A DNA stretch of 64,000 nucleotides, from assembly GCF_009914755.1 (NCBI RefSeq), contig NC_060940.1. The stretch is one strand, 5' to 3'. Below are positions 14,337-27,800 of the stretch, one piece after another. The translations under genes and the position numbers were made by a program. The stretch is from the human T2T-CHM13v2.0 reference genome, Homo sapiens. The notes beneath the pieces were generated by a model, which worked only from the letters and a program-made list of their open reading frames with translations, was not told where the DNA came from and did no database searches. Numbering within the stretch: position 1 is the first letter of the stretch; every line of letters starts with the position of its first letter.

Positions 14337-15141
14337 GATGATGTTTCCATTCGAATCCATTCCATGATTATTCCATTGGAATCCATTCGGCGATGATTCC
14401 ATATGAGTCAATTCAATGATGCTTCCATATGGGTCAGTTCGATGATAATTCCATTTGATTTCATTCGATGCTTCTATTCAATTCCAGTCGATGATGATTC
14501 CGTTGGAGTCCATACGATGACTCCATTTGATTTCATTTGATGATGATTCCATTCGATTCCATTCGATGACTCCATTCTGTTCCATTCGATGATGATTCCA
14601 TTCGAGTCCATTCGATGATTCCATTCGAGTCCATTTCATGATTCCATTGGGTTCAATTCGATGATGATTACACTGGATTCCATTCTATGATTCCATTCAA
14701 TTCCATTCGTTGATGATTCGATTCCATTCAATGATGATTCCATTTGAGTTCATTCGATGATTCTATTCGATTCCGTTCGATGGTGATTCAATTCTATTAT
14801 ATTGGATGATTCCATTCGATTCCATTTGATGATGATTCCATTCGATTCCATTCGATGATGATTCCATTTGATTCCATTTGATGTTGATTCTATTCGATTC
14901 TATTCAATGATGATTCCATTCGATTTCATTTGATGATTCTATTCGATTCCTTTCGATGATTCTATTCCATTCCATTCGATGATGATTCAATTCTCTTCCA
15001 TTGGATGATTCCATTTTATTCCATTCGACGATGACTCCATTTGATTCCATTCAATGATGATTCCATTCGATTCCATTCGGTGATTCCATTTGATTCCATT
15101 CGACGGTGAGCAATTTGATTCAATTCCATAATGATTCTATT

Positions 15142-15152
15142 TGATTCAATTA
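15142..15152 (-). promoter_or_regulatory. DUX4-consensus site TAATTGAATCA (copies at 27802 and 40462)
   Basis: The + strand reads TGATTCAATTA; motif match only. Confidence 0.45.
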
Positions 15153-15180
15153 GATGATGTTTCCATTCGAATCCATTCGG

Positions 15181-16856
15181 TGATGATTCCATTGGTATCC
15201 ATTCGACGATGATTCCATATGAGTCAATTCGATGATGATTCCATACGAGTCCGTTGGATGATAATTCCATTTGATTTCATTCAATCCTTCTATTCGATTC
15301 CATTTGATGATGATTCCATCTGAATCCATTCTCCGATTCCATTCGATTTCATTCGATGCTTCTATTTGATTTCATTCGAAGATGATTCCTTTCAATTCCG
15401 TTCATTAATTCCATTTGATTCCATTCGATGATGATTCCATCCGATTCCATTGGATGATGATTCCATTCGAGTCCATTCGATGATTCCGTTCTAATCCATT
15501 CTATGATTCCATTCGAGTCCATTCGATGATTCCATTCGATTCCATTCAGTGATGATTCCATTTGATTCCATCTGATGATGATTTCATTTGATTCCATTCG
15601 ATGATGATTCCATTGGAGTCCATTGAATGATTCAATTCAATTCCATTCCATGTGGATTCCATTCGAATTCATTCGATTATTCCATTCAAATCCCTTCGTT
15701 GATTCCATCTGATTCCACTTGACGATGATTCCATTCAAGTCCAATCGATGATTCCATTCGGTTCCATTCAATGATTCCATTCGAGTCCATTTATGTATTA
15801 TATTCGTGTCCACTTGATGACTCCATTCAATTCCATTTAATGATGATTCCATTTGATTCCATTTGATGATTCAGTTCGATTCCTTACAATGATTCCCTAC
15901 GATTCCTTTCTATGATGATTCCATTCGATTCCATTCATTGATGATTCCATTCGACTAGATTCAATGATGATTCCTTTCGATTCCATTTGACGATGTTTCC
16001 ATTTGAGTCCATTCGATGATGATTCCATTGGTATCCATTCGACGATGATTCCATATGAGTCAATTCGATGATGATTCCATACGAGTCCGTTGGATGATAA
16101 TTCCATTTGATTTCATTCAATCCTTCTATTCGATTCCATTTGATGATGATTCCATCTGAATCCATTCTCCGATTCCATTCGATTTCATTCGATGCTTCTA
16201 TTTGATTTCATTTGAAGATGATTCCTTTCAATTCCATTCATTAATTCCATTTGATTCCATTCGATGATGATTCCATCCGATTCCATTGGATGATGATTCC
16301 ACTCGAGTCCATTCGATGATTCCGTTCTAATCCATTCTATGATTCCATTCGAGTCCATTCGATGATTCCATTCGATTCCATTCAGTGATGATTCCATTTG
16401 ATTCCATCTGATGATGATTTCATTTGATTCCATTCGATGATGATTCCATTGGAGTCCATTGAATGATTCAATTCAATTCCATTCCATGTGGATTCCATTC
16501 GAATTCATTCGATTATTCCATTCAAATCCCTTCGTTGATTCCATCTGATTCCACTTGACGATGATTCCATTCAAGTCCAATCGATGATTCCATTCGGTTC
16601 CATTCAATGATTCCATTCGAGTCCATTTATGTATTATATTCGTGTCCACTTGATGACTCACTCCATTCAATTCCATTTAATGATGATTCCATTTGATTCC
16701 ATTTGATGATTCAGTTCGATTCCTTACAATGATTCCCTACGATTCCTTTCTATGATGATTCCATTCGATTCCATTCATTGATGATTCCATTCGACTCCAT
16801 TCGATGATGATTCCTTTCGATTCCATTTGACGATGTTTCCATTTGAGTCCATTCGA
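15181..16856 (+). repeat. Internal tandem duplication of 836 + 840 bp within the 12.66-kb unit
   Basis: 'tgatgattccattggtatcc' occurs at 15181 and 16017; pseudo-ORFs 15349/16185 and 15637/16473 are offset by 836; the second copy has a 4-bp CTCA insertion at about 16657. Confidence 0.92.
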
Positions 16857-19800
16857 TGATGATTCAATTCAGTTCTGTTCTATTATGAATCCATTCGATT
16901 TCATTCAATGCTTCTATTTGATTCCATTCGACGATGATTCCATCTCTTTCCCTTCGATGATTCCATTTGATTCCATTCAGTGATGATTCCATTTGATTCC
17001 ATCTGATGATGATTTCACTTGATTCATTTCAATGATGATTCCATTCAAGTCCATTCGATGATTCCATTGGAGTCCAAACGATCATTCCATTCGATTCCAT
17101 TCAATGATGATTCCATTCATGTCCATTCAATGAATCCTTTCAATTCCATTCGATGATGACTCCATTCGAGTACATTCGATGATTCCATTTGATTCCATCT
17201 GATGATGATTACATTCAATTCCATTCGAAGATGATTCCATTCAATTCCACTTGATGATGATTCCGTATGAATCCATTCGCTGATTATTCCATTCGATTCC
17301 ATTCATTGACGATTCCATTCGATTCCATTCAATGATGATTCTCTTCTATTGCATTCGATGATTCCGGTCGATTCCATTCGATGATGATTCCATTAGATTC
17401 CATTCGATTGTTGCATTCGATTCCCTTCGATGATGATTCCTTTGAATTCCATTCGATTATCATTCCGTATGAATCCATTTGATGATTATTCCATTGGATT
17501 CCTTTCGATGATGATTCCATTCGATTCCATTTGATGATGTTTCTCATGTATTCCATTTGATAATTCCTTTCAATTCCCTTCGATGATGATTCTTTCGAGT
17601 CAATTCGATGATTCTATTCCATTCCCTTCGATGATGATTCCATTTCACTCCATTCGATGATTCCATTCGATTCAATTTGGTGATGATTCAATTCGATGAC
17701 ATTCGATGACTCCATTCAATTTCATTTGATGATGATTACATTCGAGTCCATTTGATGATTGTATTCCTTTCCTTTTGATGATTATTCCATTCGTGTCTAT
17801 TCAAAGATTCCATTCTATTCCATTCAATGATGATTCCAATTGATTCCATTCAATGATTATGGCTATCGATTCCACTCGTTGATTCCATTTGATTCCATTC
17901 GATGATTATTCCGTTAGATTCCATTAGGAGATTCCATTCGATTTTATTCAATGATTCCAATTGATTCCATTCAATGATGATTCCATTCGACTCCATTCAG
18001 TGATTCCATTTGAGTCCATTTGATGATTCCATTCGAGTCCATTTGGTGATTCCATTCTTTTCCATTTGATGATGATTCCATTAGGGTCCATTCAATGATT
18101 CCATTCGAGTCCATTCGTTAATGCCTTTCGAGTCCTTTTGATCACTACATTCGAGTCCATTCAATGATTCTATTCGATTCCATTCCATGATGATTCCATT
18201 CGAGTTCATTCGATGATTGCATTCGAGTCCATTCGATGATTCCATAAGATTCCATTCGACAATGATTCCATTCGTGTCCATTTGATGATTCCATTCATTT
18301 CCTATCGATGAAGATTCCATTCGAGTGTATTCGATGATTCCATTCAAATCCATTCGATGATGATTCCATTCCAGTCCATTCGATCATTCCACTTGATTCC
18401 ATTTGATGACTATTCCATTCAAATCCATTTGATGATTCCATTCGATTCCATTCGATGTTACCATTCCAGTATATACGATGATTCCACTCGATTCCATTTG
18501 ATGATTATTCCATTGGAGTCGACTTAGTGAATCCTTTAAATTCTACTCGAAGATGATTCCATTCGAGTCCATTCGATGATACCATTCAATTCCATTCGTT
18601 GATGCTTCCATTCAAGTGCATTCGATGATATCATTCGATTCCATTTGATGATAATTCCATTTGATTCCATGTGATGATTCTATTCCATTCCATTCAATGA
18701 TAATTCCATTCAATTCAGTGATTCCTCTGGACTCCATTTGATGATGATTCCATTCAATGATTCCATTCGATTCTATTCGAAAATGATTCCATTTGAATCC
18801 ATTTGATGATGATTCCATTCGATTCCATTTGATGATTCCATTCGATTCCATTCGACGATGATTCCATTCGATTCCATTTGATGATTCCATTCTATTGTAT
18901 TCGATGATGATTCCATTCGATTCCATTCGATGATGATTGGATTCGATTCCATTTGATGATTTCATTTGATTCAATTCGATGATGATTTCGATCAATTCCA
19001 TTCGATGATTCCATTCGATTCCATTTGATAATGATTACATCCGAGTCCATTCGATGATTCCATTTGAGCCCGTTCGATAATTCCATTTGAGTCCAATCAA
19101 TGATTCCATTCATTTCCATTCAATGATTCCATTCGAGTCCATTTGATCATTCCGGTAGGGTCCGTTCGATGTTGATTCCATTGGAGTGCCTTCGATGATT
19201 CCATTCGAGTCCATTTTAGGATTTGATTCGAGTCCTTTCGATGATTCCATTCGATTCCACTCGATGATGATTTCATTCGAGTCCATTCGACACTTCCAAT
19301 CGATTCCATTTGATGTTTCCATTCGAGTCCAATTGATGATTCCATTCAATTCCATTCGATGATGATTCCGTACGATTCCATTCTGTGATGATTCCATGTG
19401 ATTGCATTCAATGATGATTCCTTTCGATTGCATTCGATTATGATTCATTTCGTGTTCATTCTATGGTTCCACAGTTTTCACATCGTGTCCATTCCATTAT
19501 TCCATTCTATTCCATTTGATGATGATTCCATTCGATTCCATTCATTGGTGATTCCACTCAATTCCATTCAATGATTCCATTCCATTTCTTTCAACAATGA
19601 TTCCATTAGTTTCTAATCGATGATCCACTTGATTCCATTTGACGATGATTCCATTCTTGTCCATTCGATGATTCCATTTGATTCCATATGATGATGATTC
19701 CATTCGATTCCACACGATGATTATTCCATTCGAGTCCATTCAATGGTGATTCCATTCAATTCCATTCGATGATTCCTTTCGATTCCATTTGATGATGATG

Positions 19801-21880
19801 GCATTCGATTCCTTTCAATCATTCCCTTTGATTCCACTCAAAGGTGATTTCATTCAAGTCCATTCGATAATTGCATTCGATTCCATTCTATGATGATTCC
19901 ATTCGAGTCCATTTGATGATTCCATTCAATTCAAGTCAATGATGATTCCATTCGATTCCATTCGATGATTCCATTGGATTCCATTCGATGATGATTCCAT
20001 TCAAATCCATTCGATAATTCAATTCACGTCCATTCGATGATGATTCCAATCGAATCCATTCAAAGATTCCATTCAATTCCATTCGATGATTCCCTTAGAT
20101 TCCATTCGATGATTCCACTTGATTCCATTTACGATGATTCCATTCGATTCCATGTGATGATTCCATTCAATTCTATTCAATGATGTTTCCATTTGATTCC
20201 ATTCGACCATGATTGCCTTTGATTCCATTCAATGATTCCATTCGGTTCCGTTTGATGATGATTCCGTTCGATTCCATTTGATGATTCCATTTGATTCCAT
20301 TGGATGAGTCCATTCGATTACATTCGATGATTATTCCATTCGAGTGCATTAGATGATTCCATTCGAGTCCATTCGATGATTCCATTCGAGTCCATTCGAT
20401 GATTCCATTCGATTCCATTCGATGTTGATTCTGTTCAAATCCATTCGATGATTCCACTCGATTCCATTCGATGACTCCATTTGATCCCATTCGATGATTT
20501 CCTTTGATTCCCTTTGATGATCATTCCATTTGATTCAATTCGGTGATTTCATTTGATTCCATTCAGTGATGTTTCCATTCGACTCCATTCGATGATGATT
20601 CCATTCGACTACATTCGATTATGATTTCATTCAATTCCATTCGATAAAGATTCCCTTCGAGTCCAATCGATGATTCCATTCGATTCCATTCAACGATGAT
20701 TTGATTCGTGTCCATTCGATGATTCCATTTGATTCCACTTGATGAGGATTCCATTCGAGTCCATTTGATGATTCCATTCAATTCCATTCTCCGATGATTT
20801 CTTTTGAGCCCATTCAATGCTTCCACTCGATTACATATGATGATGACTCCATTCGATGAAACTCGATGATGATTCCATTCGCTTGCATTCGATGATGATT
20901 CCACTTGAGTCCGTTAGAAGATTCTATTCAATTACATTCCATGACGATTCTGTTCGAGTCCATTTGATGATTCCATTACACTCCATTCGACAATGATTCC
21001 ATTCAATGTTATTCGATGATTCCATTCGATCTCATTCGATGATGATTCCATTCAAGTCCATTCGATGTTTCCATTCGAGTTCATTCTATTATTCCATTAG
21101 ATTCCATTCGATGATGATTCCATTCGATTCCATTTGATGATTGCATTCTATTTCATTTGATGATGATTCCATTCGAGTCCATTCGATGATTCCATTCGAG
21201 TCCATTTAATGAATCCATTGGTTTCAATTCTATGATGATTATATTGGATTCCATTCGTTGATGATTTCATTCGATTCCATTCAATGATGATTCCATTCAA
21301 TTCCTTTCAATGTTTCCATTCAATTCCATACGATGATGATTCCATTTGATTTGATTCGACAGTGAGCCATTCGATTCAATTCCATGATGATTATGTTTGA
21401 TTCACTTGGTTGACATTTCCATTCGATTCCATTCGATGATGATTCCATTTGATTCCATTCAAAGATGATTCCATTCTAGCCCATTCAATCATTCCATTCG
21501 ATTCTATTCAATGATGATTCCATTCATGTCGATTTGGTGATTCCATTTGACTTCATTTGATGATGATTCCTTTCAAGTTCATTAGATGATTCCATTCGAT
21601 TCCATTTGATGATGATCCCATTCGAGTCCATTCAGTGATTCCACTCGTTTCCATTCCATGATGATTCCATTCCATTCCATTCAATGATTCCATTCGATTC
21701 CGTTTGATGATGATTTCATTCGAGTCCATTTGATGATTCCATTTGATTCCATTCGATGATGATTCCATTCGAGTCCATTCGATGATTCTATTCGAATCCA
21801 TTTGATGATTTCTTTTGATTATATTTGGTGATGATTCCATTGGAGTCCATTCAATGATTCCATTCGATTCCAATCGATGG

Positions 21881-24800
21881 TGATTCCATTAGAGTCCATT
21901 TAATGATTCCATTTGATTCCAGTCTCTGATGTTTACATTCGAGTCCATACGATGATTCCACTCAATTCCATATGATGATGATTCCATTCGATTCCATTCG
22001 ATGATTCCATTCTATTCTATTCAATGGTGATTCCATTCGAGTACATTAGATGATTCCATTCGATTCCATTCAATGATGATTCTATTTGTGTCCCTTAGAT
22101 GATTCCACATGATTCCATTAGATGATGATACTATTTGAGCCCATCCAATGATTCCCTTCGATTCCATTCGATGAGGATTCCATTCGATTCAATTCATTGG
22201 TGATTCTATTCAATTCAATTCTTTGATTCAATTCCATTCCATTCGACAATGATTCCATTCGATTTCTTTCGATGATTCCACTCAATTTCACTTGACATTG
22301 ATTCCATTCGATTCCATTCAATGATTCCATTTGATTCCAGTGGATGATGATTGCCGTCGATTCCATTCGATCACTCCATTCTGTTCCATTTGATGATGAT
22401 TACATTCGATTCCATTTGATGATTCCATCTGATTCTATTCGAGGATTCCATTTGATTCCATTCGATGATGATTCCATTCGAGTCCATTCGATGGTTTCAT
22501 TCGAGTACATCCAATGATTCCATTCGAGTCCATTTGATGATTCCATTTCATTCCATTTGATTATGATTCTACTAGAGTCCATTCAATGACTCCATTCGAG
22601 TCCATTCAACAGTTCCATCCGAGTCCATTCGATGATTCCATTCGATTCCATTTGATGATTCCATTCGAGTCCATTTAATCATTACAGTCGAGTCCATTTG
22701 GTGATTCCACTGGATTTCTTTTGATAATGATACCATTCAATTACATTTGATGATGATCCCATTCAATTTCATTTGATGATGATTCCATTAGAGTCCATTC
22801 CCTGATTTCATTCGAGTCCCTTCATTGATTCCATCCGATTTCATTTCATGATGACTCCATTCGAGTCCATTCGATGATTCCACTCGATTCCTTTAGATGA
22901 TTCCATTGGAGTCCATTTGATTGTTCCATTCGATTCCATTCGATTCCTTTCGAAGATTATTCCATTTGAGTCCATTCGATGATGATTCCATTCCATTCCA
23001 TTCGATGATTCCGTTTGATTCCATTCGATGATTCCCTGCGATTCCTTTCTATGATGATTCCATTCCATTCCATTCAATGATTCCATTCGAATGTATTCCA
23101 TGATGATTCCTTTCGATTCCATTCGCTGATGTTTCCGTTCAATTCCATTCGATGATGATTCCATTCGATTCCATTCATTGAGGATTCCATTGGATTCCAT
23201 TCAATGATGATTCCATTCTATTCCATTCAATGATTGCATTCAATTCCATTCAATGATTATGCCATTAGAGTAAATTCAACGATTCCATTCAATACCATTC
23301 GATGATGATTCCTTTTGAGTCCATTCAATGATTTCATTCAAGTCCATTTGATGATTCCTTTCAATTCCATTCCATGATGATTCCATTCGAGTCCATTCGA
23401 TGATTCCATTCGATTGCATTCGATGATTCCATTATATTCCATTCAACGATGATTCCATTCGAGTCCATTCGATGATTCCATTAGAGTACATTTAATGATT
23501 GCTTTGTTTTCAATTCGAAGATGATTACATTGGATTCCATTCTATGATTCCATTCGATTGCATTCATTGATGATTCCACCCAATTCCATTCGATGATGAT
23601 TCCATTCGATTTCAATGATTCTACTCGATTCCATTCAATGATGATTCAATTCTATTCCGTTTGATGATTCCATTAGATTCCATTCTATGATGATTCCATT
23701 CGAGTCCATTCGAAGATTTCATTCGATTACATTCCATGACGATTCCATTCGAGTCCATTCGATGATTCCATTTGAATCCATTCGACGATGATTCCATTTG
23801 ATGCTATCCGATGATTCCATTGGATTCCATTCGATGATGATTCCATTCGACTTGATTTGATGTTTCTATTTGAGTCCATTCGGTTATTTTATTAGACTAC
23901 ATTCGATGATGATTCCATTCGATGCCATTCAATGATTCCATTTGATTCCACTCAATGATGATTGCATTCGTGTCCATTCGATGATTCCATTTGGTTCCAT
24001 TTGATGATGATTCCATTCGAGTCCATTCGATGATACCATTCAATTCCATTCGATGATCATTCCATTCGAATCCATTTGATGATTCCACTCAATTCCATTT
24101 GATGACTCCTTTCATTCCCATTCGATGATTCCCTTCAGTTCCAATTGGATGATCTTTCCATTTGATTCAATATGGTGACTCCATTCTATTATATTCAATG
24201 ATGATTCCATTCGACTCCATTAGATGATGACTCCATTCCATTCCATTCGATTGTGATTTCATTCGATTCCATTCGAAGATGATTCCATTCGAGTCCATTT
24301 GATGATTCCATTCGATTCCATTCAATGATGATTCCACTCAAATCCATTGGATGATTCCATTCGTTTCCAATTGGTGATTTCATTAGATTCCATTCGAGGA
24401 TGATTCTATTCGAGTCCATTCAATGATTCCATTGGATTCCGTTTGATAATGATTCCATTAGAGTTCATTCGATGATTCCCTTCGAGTCCATTCGATTATT
24501 TCTTTTGATTCCATTTGATGATGATTCCATTCGATTCCATTCAATGATTCCATTCCATTCCATTCGATGATGATTCCATTCGATAATGATTACATTCGAG
24601 CCCATGTGATGATTCCATTAGATTCTATTCAATGATGATTCCATTCGACCACATTCGATGATGGCATTCGAGTCCATTCGATGATTTCACTCGATTCCAC
24701 TTGATGATGATTCCTTTTGAGTCCATTTGATGATTACATTCGAGTCCATGAGATGACTCCATTCGATTCCATTTCATGATGATGCAATTCGAGGCTATTC

Positions 24801-27800
24801 GATCATCCCATTTTAGTGCATTCGGTGATTCTCTTTTATTACATTCGATGAGGGCTCCATTCGAGTCCATTCAATGATTCCATTAGATTCCACTCGATGA
24901 TGATTCCATTTGAGTCCATTCAAAGATTCCTTTCGAGTCCATTCGATAATTCTATTGGATTCCACTAGGTGATGATTCCTTTCGAGTCAATTCGATGATT
25001 CCTTTCAAGTGCCTTCAATGATTCCATTCGATTCCATTCGATGACGATTCATTTCAAGTCCATTCAATGGTTCCATTCTGTTGAATTTGATGGTTCCATT
25101 TGATTCCATTCGATGATGATTCCATTCGTGTCCATTGGATGATTCCATTCGATTCCTTTCGAGGAAGATTCCATTCGACTCCATTCGATGATTCCGTTCG
25201 ATTCCATTCCATGATGATTCCATTTGATTCCATTCCATGATTCCATTCGATACCATTCGATGATGATTCCATTCGACTCCATTTGATGAATCCATTCAAT
25301 GCTTCCATTCGAGTCCATTCGATGATTCCATTCGATTCCATTCCATGAAGATTCCATTCGAGTACATTTGATGATTCCATTTAATTCCATAGGATGATGA
25401 TTCTATTAGGGTCCGTTGACTATTCCATTCAATTCCATTCGAAGATTCCATTCGAGTCCACTCGATGATTCTATTTGATTCCATTTGATAATTCCATTCG
25501 ATTCCATTTGATGTTGATTCCATTCGAGTCCATTCGATCATTATTACATTTGATTCTATTCGATGATTCCATTCGATTCCATTTGATGAGGATTCCATTC
25601 GAGACCATTTGATGATTCCATTCAATTCCATTGGATGATTCCAATATTTTCCATTAGATGATGATTCCATTCGATTCCATTCAATGATGATTCCATCAGA
25701 ATCCATTCGATGATGACTCCTTTTGCTTCCATTCAATGATCATTACATTCGGTTCCATTCGATGATGATTCCTTTGGATTCCATTCGATGATGCTTCCAT
25801 TCGATTCCATTTGATGATGATTCTTTTCGATTCCATTTGATGATGATTCCATTTGATTCCATTCGATGGTGATTCCATTTGATGATTCCATTCGATTGTA
25901 TTCGATGATGATTCCACTCGATTCTATTTGATGATGACTGCATTCGATTCCATTTGATGATTCCATTTGATTCCATTCGATGATGATTCTGATCAATTGC
26001 ATTCGATGATCCATTCGATTCCATTTGATGGTTCCATTTGATTCCATTTGATAATGATTCCTTTCGAGTCCATTCGATGATTCCATTTGCGGATATTCGA
26101 TAATTCCATTTGAGTCCAACCGATGATTCCATTCGAGGCCATTCAATCATTCTTTTTGAGTCCTTTCGATAAAGATTCCATTTTAGTCCATTCAATAATT
26201 CCACTGGAGTCCATTCGATGATTGCTTTTAATTCCATTCGATGATATTCCATTCGAGTCCATTCGATGATTCCATTCGTTGCTATTAGATGATGATTCCA
26301 TTCATGACCATTTGGTGATTCCATTCGATTTCATTCGTTGATGATTCCATTCGAGTCCATTCCATGATTCCATTCAAGTCCATTTGATGATTTCTTTGAA
26401 TTCAATTCGATGATGATTCCATTCGAGTCCATTCGATGATTCCATTCAGTTCCATTCGATGATGATTCCTTTCGAGACCATATGATGATTCCATTTGATT
26501 TCATTCGATGATGATTCCATTCGATTCCATTCGATGATTCCATTCTATTCCATTCGATGATGATTCCATTCGAGTCCATTTAATGATTCCATTGGGTTCA
26601 ATTCAATGATGATTACATTGGATTCTCTTCTATGATACCATTCAATTCCGTTCATTGACAATTTGATTCCATTCGATGATGATTCCATTTGAGTTCATTC
26701 GATGATTCTATTCGATTCTCTTCGATGGTGATTCAATTCTATTATATTGGATGATTCCATTCGATTCCATTTGATGTTGATTCAATTCGATTCTATTCGA
26801 TGATGATTCCATTGGATTTCATTTGATGATTCTATTCGATTCCATTCAATGATGATTCACTTCTCGTCCATTGGATGATTCCATTTCATTCCATTCGATG
26901 ATGATTCCATTCGATTCCATTCGATGATTCCATTTGATTCCATTCGACGGTGAGCAATTCGATTCAATTCCATGATGATTCTATTTGATTCAGTTAGATG
27001 ATGTTTCCATTCGAATCCATTCCATGATTATTCCATTGGAATCCATTCGGCGATGATTCCATATGAGTCAATTCAATGATGCTTCCATATGGGTCAGTTC
27101 GATGATAATTCCATTTGATTTCATTCGATGCTTCTATTCAATTCCAGTCGATGATGATTCCGTTGGAGTCCATACGATGACTCCATTTGATTTCATTTGA
27201 TGATGATTCCATTCGATTCCATTCGATGACTCCATTCTGTTCCATTCGATGATGATTCCATTCGAGTCCATTCGATGATTCCATTCGAGTCCATTTCATG
27301 ATTCCATTGGGTTCAATTCGATGATGATTACACTGGATTCCATTCTATGATTCCATTCAATTCCATTCGTTGATGATTCGATTCCATTCAATGATGATTC
27401 CATTTGAGTTCATTCGATGATTCTATTCGATTCCGTTCGATGGTGATTCAATTCTATTATATTGGATGATTCCATTCGATTCCATTTGATGATGATTCCA
27501 TTCGATTCCATTCGATGATGATTCCATTTGATTCCATTTGATGTTGATTCTATTCGATTCTATTCAATGATGATTCCATTCGATTTCATTTGATGATTCT
27601 ATTCGATTCCTTTCGATGATTCTATTCCATTCCATTCGATGATGATTCAATTCTCTTCCATTGGATGATTCCATTTTATTCCATTCGACGATGACTCCAT
27701 TTGATTCCATTCAATGATGATTCCATTCGATTCCATTCGGTGATTCCATTTGATTCCATTCGACGGTGAGCAATTTGATTCAATTCCATAATGATTCTAT

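Larger units (their letters stand above)
9221..21880 (+). repeat. 12,660-bp higher-order repeat, unit 1
   Basis: Marker motifs and pseudo-ORFs recur at exactly +12,660 (9458/22118/34778; 11237/23897/36557; 13083/25743/38403; 19110/31770). Confidence 0.93.
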
